NCBI GenBank assembly: GCA_012295275.1
Contig: CM022675.1
Location: forward strand, 2,294,001 to 2,358,000
DNA length: 64,000 bases
Direction: 5' to 3'
From: Chrysomallon squamiferum
Lineage: Eukaryota > Animalia > Mollusca
In this document: positions 50,531 to 64,000 of the stretch, piece by piece
Numbering within the stretch: the stretch's first letter is position 1
Layout of the letters: the number at the start of each line of letters is the position of its first letter
The notes under the pieces: generated by a model
Databases searched by the model: none
The model's input: only the letters and a program-made list of their open reading frames with translations
What the model was told of the DNA's origin: nothing
Translations under genes and position numbers: made by a program

Positions 50531-51186
50531 TTTGTTTGTTTGTTTGTTTATTTATTTATTTATGTATTTATTTATTGTTAAGTTATCACACATATATTGA
50601 AGGGCACTATATCACTATTCTCGTACCGAAAAAGTATATATATTAGGTACTCTCTGTGGGTACTTACATATATATATATATATATATATATGTATTAACG
50701 CACATGATATGCTTGTGTTACAGTTTGCGGATAGGTGTCAATATGTTTATATAATGTGTATGTGCGTGTGTGTGTGTGGGTGTGTGTGTACATTTATATT
50801 GTGTATAAATACTTACATATATACTTTTATCTGTGTATATTTAAATAACAGTGTTTTAATATACTTCAATACAAACGGTTTGGAGATGGCAGACAAAATG
50901 TCAGACATCTTTGTACGGTACATTTAAGATGAATAAGCCTTCTTGCTTTTTAAAAGATCAAACAAAACGCTAAGTATGTATCACGGGTCATTCGTATCTG
51001 TGTGTCTGGAGCACTAGACGTCAGTGACTGCTTGAATATGTACCAGCCAAGCCCAGTGTCATTTTTATTTTCTTTCTTTTCTCATAAGCATTTAGCGATA
51101 TCTGCGTCTTAAATCTCCAGGGTAAAACTACAAGAACTGAATCATTATAAACTTAAGCGACCGAGTGTGTATGTGTGTGTGTGTGT

Positions 51187-51228
<42 letters not shown>

Positions 51229-51950
51229 ATATCCAAGAGTGTGCATGGATACATTTATGTGTTGATGTATATACTTGAGTAAAGGTGTGTTTATGTAGGT
51301 GTGTTTGCGTATGTATATATGTCTCTATTGATTTATATCAATTCTTGTATATATATGAATGTGTATGCTTCTACATATATATTTTTGTATGTGTGTGTGT
51401 AATACTGACTTTCTTAAATATAAGTGTGTGTATATATATATATATATATATAGGTGTGTGCGTGTGTGTGTGTGTGTTTGTGCGCGTGTGGATTATATCC
51501 ATATGTATTATAATAATGCATGTTTATTTAAGCATGTATGTATGCCTACGTGTGCCTAAGTGTCTGTCCATATATACTCATGTGGTTTATGTAAATGTAT
51601 CTTTATGTTAGTGGGTATAAGTGTGTGAATGTGTATGTTGCTGTGTGTTTATATGACTAAACAACAGAGTATAAATGTAGTATAATAAATATAGTTTGGA
51701 TATGTCAGTAAATTGACAGAGAATTTTGTGTTCTACCTTTAAGGTTAAAATCAGTCAGAAACTCCTAAACGTCTGTTAGTTGATGCGTGACAAGTGAAGG
51801 AAAACAGCGAGTGTTGTTGTGAAAGTAGAATACCTGTCTAGACGAGCAGTGATGTGTTAAATGTGTTTGTATGTTAGTTGATTCATGACAAGTGAAGGAA
51901 AACAGCGAGTGTTGTTGTGAGTGCGGAGTACTAGTCTAGACAGACAGACA

Positions 51951-52007
<57 letters not shown>

Positions 52008-52789
52008 ACACACATACAGAATACAGGCCAACAAACAGCAAGCCATACACGACCAGTGAAACATTTTCGTAGAGCAGTAGACGCGAGATGTCTCGAGGTA
52101 AAACTGTTTGTGTGACTCTAACAAAAACTACAAGATTCGATGTATTATTATCTACACACAAATGAGAGACTTACAATTATAACACCTGCAAGAGTTAGGT
52201 AATCTTAGGACGATGTTTTATTCTCTTTTCTTAATATTTTCTTAAACACAGTTACAGATATCTGAAACGTGTCAGCTTGTGTCTCAAAAATAAATAAATA
52301 AATAAATGAACTAATCACAAAAAGTATCATAGAGAATTAACATATAATAATAAAATGAACTGAAAATAATAATAAAAAATAGCGCTAACCTCAAATGGAA
52401 TAGAATATACTGAAATTAACAACCATAACAAACTGAAAAACAGAGGTATAGATAGACACACAGAAAAGAGATATATAAAGAAGCAGATAGATGCATAGAT
52501 GTATACACTGAATGAGTGTAGGTTGGTAGGTAGGTGGGTACTCAAGCATGAATAACATAGGTAATCAGATTCAAAAAATGAAAAAATGTCATACAAAATT
52601 ATTAAGCATAAAGAAATAAGTTATGGAGGAAAATGTCAAGAAGATTTCCAAACATAACTGACTGAGAGTGAACGTTTCACTGTTCTTTAATTTTAAATAA
52701 ATCAGCTTTGCTGTAAAACGGGAATCAAAGAAAGCTACGATCTATTTTTGGAATCCATAAGTCACATACAACTGCTCAAAAGTGTCATA

Positions 52790-52845
<56 letters not shown>

Positions 52846-54038
52846 GCAGTACTAATATCTTAAATATATAAATAACACAGATACATTTAGACTAAGGTAA
52901 AGAAGAAGAAAATAGAATAGAAGAGAAGAGAATAAATAAACTATTTTTGTTGTACTGATCCTTTTTTATATTTCCTCTGTGTTTGGCAAATTATGTTTTA
53001 TTTTTCATCAAACTAAAAGTAATAAAATGCAACGAAAATAAAATAAAATAAAATAAAATAATAAATACAAATATATTACTCACTAATTTGGCTGAAACAA
53101 TGTGCAAAAATACATTAATAACTAATACACTTTTCTACTTGAAATAATATCAGAAAACAAAGATTACATGTTAACAGATACATTCAAGTATTGATTATTT
53201 GTTCTGTACTGTGATGTTAATTGACTGTTTACACCATTCGACTGAAAATACAATTTCGTGTCATCTCGTAATCCACGCTACGATAAGATGTGTTTTCTTT
53301 ACTCTATAATCAAACATCAGAAGATCTAATTATGACAAAACTTTATTTATTGTCGTGTTGTTAATTGACTGTTTACATGAAATGTCTGGAAGCTCTCAGA
53401 GACAGTCTGTGTATTAACTTGTGTCACTGTAACATTTTTATTCTCTACTTTAAGAAAGAAAACAATGAGAAAAGTAGTTATAGAGAATTATATATTATCA
53501 TATATTCACTGGTCCAAAATGAATCTTAATATTAGCATTAGTGTTAGTGTAGCGGTAGTAGTAGTGGTTGTTGTAGTAGTAATAGTAGTAGCAGGAGTAA
53601 GTGTAGCAGCAGTGTGTACGTAATGTAAATTTCCTGACGTATCACAGATACAAAATATAAAATTAGTGACATACATTTATTGAAGTTGCATAGAAATAAG
53701 ACTACTTAAAGTGTACTTATACATTTATTGAAGTAAAATACGCACACACAAACACACACACACATACACACACATACACACACAGACATACATATACACA
53801 CACATACACCCACATATACATATACGGAAATGCGAGTTGAACGTAGCTTGTTTATTGCAGACTCCAAGTAAACCGTTTTCCTTTCTTACACTGTGTGCTC
53901 TGTTTGGAAAGAAATATAAAAATCTGTATTAAGTGGAGCTTTTCACTATTTTTGTGATAAGAAAAAAAAGATGGCTTCAATGCATCACCGACTTTAAATC
54001 AAATGTCATGTGAAGTCATAACTACTGTATACAAACAT

Positions 54039-54110
<72 letters not shown>

Positions 54111-54647
54111 TTTTGTTTGGTTGATTTCTCGGTCAAATTTATGACTAAGAAAATGACGAGGATGAATTATTTGTATGATATAAGAGGTAAGCGAGTTAAA
54201 AGAGAACGTTGTTCTAAATTTTGTGTCAGTCAAACCAGTTTTATTACACTTTGTTCACAAACTTGTCTGGTAGTTTTAAACGCGTTTAAATGAACGTACT
54301 TCAATCATTTAGTGTTTTCTAACTGTATTCCCTTTTAAAAATGGATATGTTTTAAAGTTGTAACAGTCATATCTAAATCTTATAAACTTTGTGTTATTTA
54401 ATTTAGTAAATTATGTGCTTTTTTAGTGTTGAGTAAGTGAGAAATCTAAGTTTAACTCATTTGTTCTTAAAGATAAATTTGAAAGGTTTTATTTAATTCC
54501 TAATTTATTTCTGACTTAGTGAAAATCATATATTTATCTCATATGCTATTTTAAATAAGTGAGAACGATGTTTATTCACAACACTAAAACAGAAATGCAC
54601 CTAAACAAACATACACACAGACATGCACACAAAGCTGATATTTATAG

Positions 54648-54649
<2 letters not shown>

Positions 54650-54680
<31 letters not shown>

Positions 54681-54824
54681 TGTATGTATGTATGTATGTA
54701 TGTATGTATGTATGTATGTATGCATGCATGCATGCATGCATGCATGCATGTATGTATGTATGTATGTATGTATGTATGTATGTATGTATGTATGTATGTA
54801 TGTATGTATGTATGTATGTATGTA
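54650..54824. repeat. (TATG)n/(CATG)n microsatellite
   Basis: Direct inspection. Confidence 0.95.
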
Positions 54825-56073
54825 TAGTAATAAAATCTTAATGACAGAGATAACGACTGGCGACGTGTCGAGGATAACCTGTTTGTGTTCGTAGAATAAA
54901 AAGTACAAGAACCGAGGTATTACGCACTACTTTACGTATAACACACGGACATCTTACACAAAATTGCATTTTCTTCTTCTTCTGCTTACGATTCAGAAAC
55001 AAACATGGTAAAGAGGATACACTGGTAAATCATAGACATCTTCACTAGAATTATAAATAATCTGCATTATTATATGTCGATCGCTTTGAGCAACACAAGA
55101 CTGTGGCAGAATTTCTTTTTTAAAGTTTTAATACAATGGCTAGCGTAAAGCTTATATCTTGCTAATGTATTTCTTGAAAACAACATTTGTACCTTTCATT
55201 CCTTTGACTTTTTCTCCTATATTCAATTATTCATATGGACACAAAACTTGATTTTGTATCACTGGACAAAAACAAAACTAAAATAAAATTGAGGAATCAG
55301 TGAATTACAGGGATAGATAGGTAAATAGACAGATAGGCAGACAGGAGATAGATAGATAAATGCACAGATAAATAGATCCATAGATACATAGAGATAGATA
55401 GATAAATGAAAAAATCGACAAATAGATATTTCTCAGAAATGGTATGAGCAATATGGAGAGATTAGTTTGTACAAAAAGATTCTGACATACATGCATGTAG
55501 TGTATGTATTTTTGTGTGTGTGTCCGTGTGTGTGTGTATTTGTGCATATATAGGCAAACACACAATAATAATAAAAATAATAATAAAAAGAGATAAAGAA
55601 GTAAAAATATAATTTGGTAAAAACATTTACGATAATAATTCTCACCTGTTAGACATGAGTTTAAACATGTTAAAAAAAAACAATTTAAATAAATATCTTG
55701 AATGATGCAGCTGCAGAAACATATCTATATATTTTATACTATTCTGAGCTACCCTCCTCAGAGAAATAAAATTATAACAAATACTAATGGCTGATAGATA
55801 TATTTAAACAAATACCTTTATTTTATTTTGAATATTGTATACGCATTCATCTGAAAATAGAATTTCGTATCACACGCTAACACCTGCAGATATAGAATCT
55901 TAGTGCATTTATTTTTTACTCTACAAAAATCAGAAAACATGTAATATCAAGCTTAATTTAACATCGTAGTTTATTTTGAAAATAATTCAGTACAGTGTCT
56001 GAAAGCTCTCACAATCTGTGTAGAAAGAGCTCGGAATTTTCATGATAATCGGTTAGTCAGACAGGCGTCAAAG

Positions 56074-56740
56074 CAACAACTTTTAAAGTTGTGTTGATGG
56101 CGGAACAGTAAAACTGCTTCTTCTACTAGGATAGTCAAACGTGATTAATAGAGTCACACAGGTTACTGAACAACAAATTTTAACTTGTGTTGATGACGGA
56201 ACAGTAAAACTGCTTCTTCTACTAGGATAGACAAACGTGATTATTAGAGTCACACAGGTTACTGAACAACAACTTTTAACTTGTGTTGATGGCTGAACGG
56301 GCGAGTGGGCATCTCGTCAGCGGCATCTGTTGAGGTTTGTGATGTCGTGGTTGCACTTTGTCTTCCTGTCTTCCAGGATGTTGTCTGTGTGCGGAGTCTA
56401 CACAAACGTGCATTAGACAGACTGTATTCAAATCGTAAAACACACATATACACACACACAAGACACACACACACATGCACTCGTACACACACATATACGG
56501 TAATTATTTTAGAAATAAGCCACTGAACGGAAAGTCACTTAGTGTTTGAAATTAATTCAATAGCAAAAACACAGACGAACATTAGATAGACAGTATTCAA
56601 ATCATAAAAAACACACATACTCACACACATACACACACACACAGAAACACACACACATACACATATACCTGAAGTATATTACAACCAGCCACTGAACGGA
56701 AAGTCAATTAGTGTTTGAAATTAATTCAACAGTAAAAAAA
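56074..56740. repeat. Local tandem repeats: about 98-bp unit x2+ (56074-56295) and about 175-bp unit x2 (56410-56740)
   Basis: GTTGTGTTGATG.CGGAACAGTAAAACTGCTTCTTCTACTAGGATAG is repeated, and AGCCACTGAACGGAAAGTCA.TTAGTGTTTGAAATTAATTCAA is repeated. Confidence 0.85.
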
Positions 56741-57166
56741 AGTAGTCAGTCAAGTAGGCAATGTTACTGCGATGTTTAAAAATAAAACACTTAATTATAT
56801 TTGAAACAGATGGTGTGCACATTCTGAAAAAGGAAATAATCTGGATAATGCAACTACTGGAATGTATATTTTTTTTATACTAAGTGAAGTTACCCTCATA
56901 AAACAAAGAAAATCATTTCAAACTGACTGAGAGAGATATGCAAAAACTATTTTTTTTACTTTGAATAGTGTATACACCATTGATCTGAATATACAAGTTT
57001 GTGCCACACCCTAATATTCGCAGATATAATATTTATCTCAGAGCATTTCTTGTTTACACTATAGAAATCAGAAAATACGTAATATCAAGTTTAATTTATA
57101 CATCGTAATTGATTTTGACAGCTCTGACAGACTGTATAGAAGATTCGTTATGTAATTAAATTATTA

Positions 57167-57225
<59 letters not shown>

Positions 57226-57832
57226 GTTATTATCATCGTCGTCATCGTCATGATCATTATTTTGTAATTTTCAATGAAAAAAAATCTGTTTATTTCTCAC
57301 CATATTCTTTCCTATTGCAAAATGTCTTTACAAATTATTTAATATTGACAAAATCAGAAATGTCCTTGTTCTAACTATGTAATTATTCCTTGTTAGATTT
57401 TATCAATTGCTAGTCGTACACAGTGGTACATTCATGACTTTATCTCTGTTATTTGACAGAAGCCAAACGTTTTATCAGTTGTGCTCGTGTGTCAAATTAA
57501 CTATGACTTATCCCTCTTACTCTTTTGTTCTGAAACTGAGATTTGAAAATGATTTATATTTCAGGGTAGATAACTGAATACGTTTATAATACTATTCTAC
57601 ATGTCTACTGTCTCAGCAATTTAATAACGCTTGTTTCAAATATCTCAAACTCTCTAATAACTAATATTAATTTTATTTAATATAATTTGTTCAGTAGTTA
57701 CAATCCTCTTCACTGTTATCAATGACAATCATTCACATATTACATCGCATTGTTCATACAGTGGTGAAGCTCTTGTGTTTGGTTAAATATTAAAACATTT
57801 AGTGTAAATAGATGCACATGGAGCTATTCATA

Positions 57833-57879
<47 letters not shown>

Positions 57880-58382
57880 CAACAACGATACATTTAATAA
57901 TACTGAAAAAAATTGGACTAATAATCAAATAATCGATGCATGATAAATTAATATACAGACACACATACACAGACACACACACACATGTCGTTAATCTAAT
58001 CAGTGTTTGAAGTAACTTGTGATCTAATATCGACAAAGGACACTCAAATGCTTTTCCTCCGCAATTAATTGATACTGAACCTCCCGCTTGTGCATAAAGA
58101 CAAACGAGAAGTAAAAAATGTTAGCAAATAGGAAGACTAAAAGAGTGAAGTAATTTGTTTTCTTACATGGAGTAATCATAGTAATTATATGTACATGAAT
58201 TAATATGCAAATAATATTTACAACGCATTAAATAAAACAAATCACACGGGATTCATTGTTTCAAGCTTTATTCGATAAAGAAACTAAATGTAAAATTATA
58301 ATTAATAAATAAACAAAGCAATAGATTTTAAATAAAATAAAATACAAAAGCGAGAATTACTAGTAACAAAATAAGCAATAAC

Positions 58383-58451
<69 letters not shown>

Positions 58452-58632
58452 TAACAATAACAACAATAATAATAATAACTTTTAGTTCAGTCTACTAAAG
58501 CAAAGAAGATTTTTGGACAAGAGCTACATAAAAAGAAGTTTTAAAAAGCGTTCTGCGTTTTAGTTTGTTTCTACATCAAGTATGAAATCTTTGTCAGGGT
58601 AACTAAATGTGATGTTTGTTGACATTTTCTAT

Positions 58633-59352
58633 TTACTGATTGGACTTTTTCTTCCTCAGGAAGACGACCACCACAATCCCAATGACAAGTGAGAAGATGA
58701 TCACCGTGACAACACAGAGACCAATCAGAATCGTGTTGTTGATATTAACTCCATTAGATCCATGCTTGCCACGTGGTGTTTGTGAGATACCTAGAATGGG
58801 GTAATGTTTTACATGTCACACGTTTCTTTTCTTTCTTGCAAGAAGTATAAAGAAAGTCCACATTTAACTGTTGGTTTAATCTGACAAAACTAAGCCAAAT
58901 ACGAGTTAAGCTGTAACAACAAATTAATGAAACAAATCAATAGAAGATATCTAAAATAAACTCACTTGATGTTCAATCTTCATTCGTCACGTCCAGAACA
59001 GTAAATGTCTTTCTGACAAGTTCATCAGACGTTTCAGCTGATCTTCGTTTTCTTCCAGATCCTTGCTTGCCATTGCAGTCCACCTAAAATTGAAAGTTTG
59101 TTTGTGAACATTTTAGCACAACGTTAGAGTGTGTGTGTGTGTCTGTGTGTTTGTATGTTTGTGACTGTTTAATTTGAAGTATCAAATACAGAAAGTCAGA
59201 TTGCTTGATAAAAATATTAGTAATTATAATAATAAAAGAATAATTGCAATACAATGAATGAACGAATGGACAAACAAAAAGTTAAAAAGTAAAATAAAAT
59301 AAAATAAAAATAAAACTTGGATATGTTTTAATTATAAATATAATTTTGCTAT

Positions 59353-59399
<47 letters not shown>

Positions 59400-62300
59400 T
59401 TTTTGATTTGTTTTGTTGTTGTTTTTTATTTTTGTTTTGTTGTTGTTGTTTTTTTATTTTTTCTGACGCTGATATGAAAAAAGGAGATTCTTTAATATGA
59501 AAAGAGTTTCACACAGAAATGATCCAACTTACTGGGTTACAGAGAGATTTTTGATCTGGAGGACAAACTTTGACAGAACATTCTGTAGAGACTACATTGT
59601 TTTTGTTAAAGGTGAAAGCTTTCAACTTGAATGTGAGGTTGTTTCCAGATCTTTCAGGTTCCTGTGTCATCAATTTACCAATCTCAGACGAAGGACAACT
59701 GAAAAAAGAAACAATATTATGCTCCAGTCACGACAAAGCATCATTTACCTTTAATTACTTGCTTTCTAAGAAACTAATCGTGCGATGTAAAGCAGATATT
59801 TTATTTATAAATGTGTACGCTGATCACTTTTGCGCACGAATGACTGTTTTCTGTGGAAAGATCTACTTATTTCAATCAGAAGGCTGAGTGTATTCATTAA
59901 TTATGTCTCAACAAATAAACCGTCAGCTCAAAAAATGAAACCATTGTTTTCACGAATTACAATTTGCATTGTCTAATCATCTAAGTCTATTGAACGATTG
60001 TAGACATCGTTTACGGACAAATAATTAAAAAAATTTGACAAAACATTCAAATTCTAGAAATAATCTCCAGCATAAATAAATATCGTTGTGCGAAACCTTG
60101 TCCACTAAGCAATATATCTACATAAACAGTTTTAAAAACTAACATTACCTGTTTTCAATGATTTTCAAAGTTTCGCTGTCTTCTCCAGTTTTCTGATTAT
60201 CAGCAGTGCATGCTTCTACTCTGACAGTGCCTGATTCTAGCTCTATTTAAAATATATTATAGTATTACTATTTGTCAAAATTCTTTTTTCAGAAAAAATT
60301 ATATTGTTTGCTGTGAATAACAGTCATCTTATATAAATTTATGGAAATAAATAATATAAGTATACATACTTAATTTTCAGGAAATTGAAAAATAGAAGCT
60401 TGAAACAGTTATAAACACAAAATTGAGACAATGGACATTTCTCTGGAATTAAGGACGGAACAAATTGATCTGTGTTTTTTAAATAGTAATAATCAAATGT
60501 TATGAATAGAAATAATACAGTGAACCTGGCGTAAGTTGTCACTTTTAAGACCAAGATTTTTCTGACGCCTTAGAGGTATGACGAGTAATGCTAAGTGCTC
60601 ATAATGATAACTTCCACATAACTCTTCATAATAAGTACGTGTAAAGGTCAGTCGACAAAATGACGATTTATCCTACCGTGTTGTCTGAAGTATCCAAAAT
60701 AATCCGCTTTGATCGGAGTTATATATGTCTGTTGTTCAAATCTCTGGAGAATGTTCTTCAGTGTATCTGTTTTCCACACTGCTGTACTAACCCCGCCAGA
60801 TTTACCAGCTTTAAGCACTTTTCCGATTCCCCATCTTTTCTTAAAACGACCAGTCCAACTGTCATTCAGTTTCTCACTATCGTCGTGACCAAGCTGCTCA
60901 GCAAAGCCTGTTGAATTTTGAAGTAGCATTTCACCACTGGTACGAAGTTCAGCTATTTGCTGAAACCATTTAATTAGCGCGGAGCGGACATCTTCAAACG
61001 TCACCTGCTTGTTGCGTTTCATGCCACCTTTTCTTGAACCCGGGATGTTAAACCTTCTCGATGACGTGGGTCACTTTAGATTTATTTTTTTTAAAATGTG
61101 ATTTATTGTTGTGTGGGGTGATCTTGAACCTCTCCGCAACCAGACTGTTTTTCCCGTCACGACTGGCTTTACAATACTTAATTATTTCATATTTCTTCTA
61201 ATAAGAATTCGTTATTAACTGACTCTTTCCACTAGTAGCCAGTTTGAACACTAAACAAGTCACTCTCCAAATATTATGTTAATTCAGCCTGCCCACGAAC
61301 GAGGGAAGTCACGTACACATCAATATCCCAACGCACTTAACCTGTCTACATCGGTGCAAATAGCTTGATTTAGCGACACTGTTTTAAAGAAACACTTTAT
61401 TGATTTTTCAACGAAACAGTTTATTGACTTTTACTGGAAACGGTTTGTATGTATGTACACAACATTGGAGGGATTAACTGCTGATGACTTAGAAACTAAC
61501 TGTGTTACTTGGGACCACGCGTCAGGGGACGACGTACGTGTTTTGACGACTTGGATTTAACGACTTAGACATCGACATTTTATTGGAAACAGCTTACAGA
61601 ACATCGGCGGTTTCGCTGAGGTCCCGACTTCAAAGCGGATCAGGCGAGCTTTACTGTATTACTTATAATATTGTACAATATGGTACAAACAACATATAAC
61701 TATTAAAATTAGAAATATAAACATTGACAAATATTTAGTCTTACCCGCACATATCACACCAGCATCGTCTGCATGGTCACACAAATGGTTGCCCCACTGA
61801 AAATAGCACTGTTCCAGACTGGTTTCGTTTCCCAAACAGGTTATAAACTGAAGAAATATAGGTCCTGAACCTCTACCATAAGAGCCACCTCGAACTGCTT
61901 TTGCATTTGAGCTGTAAAACATGTCTTCCTTCATTTTTTGGTATCACTTTTGTTTTGTTTATTTATTTACTTTTTTCTTTGTTAATTTTACTCGCATTTC
62001 TGCCAAAAATGTAAGTTTTTGAAAAGCAAATCATTTATTATAATGACATTTCTTACAGAAAACAACTGTCAGTTGAATCTAAATATAAAAATTTAGATTT
62101 CATATATCAATGTCACGAATTTGTTTAATTCTGTAATAATTATTTGCCTTGTAAGACTTCTGTATTTCTTAATTATTTTATCTTAGTCATCGACTAAAGT
62201 AACATCACTGATAAAAAAAAAAAAATAAACGGGACAGTTGATATTTCTCAAAGAATACAGCTGTTAAAATAATGATCATTAGTTACTTAGTAAAACCCAC

Positions 62301-62998
62301 AATTCTGCAGTAAACCATTGTTATAATAATAATTATTAATAATTTACTTTGTGGAAATCAATAATCTGCAGCAAGCAGCTGTTATAATGATCATTATTAA
62401 TAACTTACTTAGTGAAACCCAGCATTTTACAGTAAACAGCTGTTATAATAATAATTATTAATAACTTACTTAGTGAAACCCAGCATTCTACAGTAAACAG
62501 CTGTTATAATAATTATTATTAATAACTTACTTAGGAAAGCCCAGCATTTTGCAGTAAACAGCTGTTATAATAATCATTATTAATAACTTACTAAGAAAAA
62601 CCCAGCATTTTACAGTAAACAGCTGTTATAATAATCATAACTAATAACTTACTGAGTGAAACCCAGCATTCTACAGTAAACAGCTGTTATAATAATAATT
62701 ATTAATAACTTACTTAATGAAACTCAACATTCTGCAGTAAACAGCTGTTACAATAATCTATATTAATAACTTACTTAGTAAAATCCAGCATTCTGCAGTA
62801 AACAGCTGTTATAACAATCATTATTAATAACTTACTTAGTAAAACCCAGCATTCTGCAGTAAACTGCTGCGTTGTAATCAGTATGATATTCATCACAGAC
62901 TGTGCCCCACATTCCAAGATATTTAATCTCTACTCGACCTTCTCGTTCTGAACTGCCATTAACCAGACGAATTTCAGTTTCTGCTTTATCTTCTACAA

Positions 62999-63041
<43 letters not shown>

Positions 63042-63783
63042 GAATAAGAAGAAGAAAAAGAAGAAGAAGAAGAAGAAGAATAACAATAACAGAATATACT
63101 TTTTACAAAATGATTTTCATGTAAAATAAGAGATTAAACAAGAGTTCAGCTGTGTGTTGTTTCCCTGTCTGTCTCGTGTGTAAAACAATGGACGTTATTA
63201 TCAGATGGTGAGATGACTAAGCGATGGTAGACACACAGTGACTGACATCTAAAGAGATTACCAGCACACAGCAGAGCTAAACCGGGTTGATCAGTGGTGT
63301 CATCTCTAAAATCAAGGTTACACTGATTGATGTGCTTTTCCACTCCTGAACACGTGACACCTGATATCCACCGCTTAGTGTCGCTTGACGTCAGATTGTG
63401 CTCGTTCTGTCCCAGTAAGACACCCGAGTAACTCCTTGAATTAAAAATAAACAAATACTAATATTATTATTATTGAACTTTAAGCTTAAAATATTGAACA
63501 TTAGTTAACTGTAAAATACTTTTTCTTTAGATAAAAGATTTATGAATATTTTCTACAGTATTCTTTATAACTAGTAACTGTTACGTGATTTGACATTTGA
63601 CTCTTTTAGTTTTACATTTTGTGCTGACTTACTCGTTAAATCCAAGCGTTCTGCACATAACTTTAGCAATCGTTACAGTGTATACAGCCTCAGTTATTTT
63701 GCCCCAGACGTTATTTTTTTTCACTTCGACTACACCATAGCTTGGTCCACCCACTAGTCGTAGTTCAATATTTGATATGTCGT
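58633..63783 (-). CDS. Gene C (3' part only; 5' part beyond window end): SRCR3, SRCR4, ZP-C b/c, furin/EHP and TM exons, with a premature TGA before the TM exon
   Basis: Exons 63633-63783, 63262-63434, 62836-62992, 61745-61911, 60149-60242, 59533-59698, 58966-59083 and 58633-58790 align with gene A in the same phases. TGA at 58973-58975 corresponds to CGA in A and B. Confidence 0.82.
60520..61656 (-). mobile_element. Degenerate Tigger/pogo-family (Tc1-mariner superfamily) element remnant in a gene C intron
   Basis: ORF 60648-61022 resembles the CENP-B-type HTH of pogo/Tigger transposases (FEDVRSALIKWFQQ...SGEMLLQ...W.GRFKKRWGI...GKSGGV). Both ends read TA|CAGT.AA.CT.GC (imperfect TIR, TA TSD). 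Absent from the equivalent introns of A and B. Confidence 0.72.
62255..62866 (-). repeat. About 61-bp tandem repeat (about 9 extra copies) of the SRCR4a exon 3' end plus its 5' splice site, gene C
   Basis: Minus-strand unit: CTGTTTACTGCAGAATGCTGGGTTTCACTAA|GTAAGTTATTAATAATGATTATTATAACAG. Confidence 0.92.
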
Positions 63784-63919
63784 CTACAAAATAAAAGTAA
63801 AAAGAAAATCACTATAATCGCAAAGAACAACGACACAGCAACAACAATAAATCAAAACGTCACCAAAATAATCATTTGGGAAAAAAAAACACACACACAG
63901 AAACAAAACAAAATGTGAG

Positions 63920-63996
<77 letters not shown>

Positions 63997-64000
63997 CAAC

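Noticed and set aside
62255-62866. CRISPR-like appearance of the regularly spaced 61-bp array
   Set aside because: There are no unique spacers and the whole unit repeats. The unit derives from a eukaryotic exon/intron junction, and no cas genes are present.

Overview
AT-rich, microsatellite-dense animal genomic DNA. A mollusc, possibly a cephalopod, is inferred from the gene family and repeat landscape and is not proven. The window holds a head-to-tail array of three paralogous multi-exon genes on the minus strand, spaced about 26-29 kb apart, which I rebuilt by hand from GT-AG boundaries and exon phases. The shared architecture is signal peptide - EGF - EGF - ZP-N - first part of ZP-C - [linker + 4 SRCR domains] - rest of ZP-C - furin site RKRR - EHP - TM - short tail. 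The key oddity is that the 4-SRCR cassette sits inside the ZP-C domain, in a phase-1 intron, so it can in principle be skipped in frame. Gene A (13503->3187, 19 coding exons, 895 aa) is intact. Gene B (42680->32176) carries frameshifts, a nonsense codon and a lost EGF Cys, so it is probably a pseudogene. Gene C runs off the right edge and has a CGA->TGA stop just before its TM exon. Also present: a full-length Buster/Charlie-type hAT transposon with TIRs and an 8-bp TSD, a Tigger/pogo remnant, two MITEs, a tRNA-like SINE, a 3.3-kb tandem duplication upstream of gene A, a nest of inverted repeats carrying orphan ZP exon copies, and intronic arrays of duplicated 5' splice sites. Most ORF-track entries are microsatellite artefacts.
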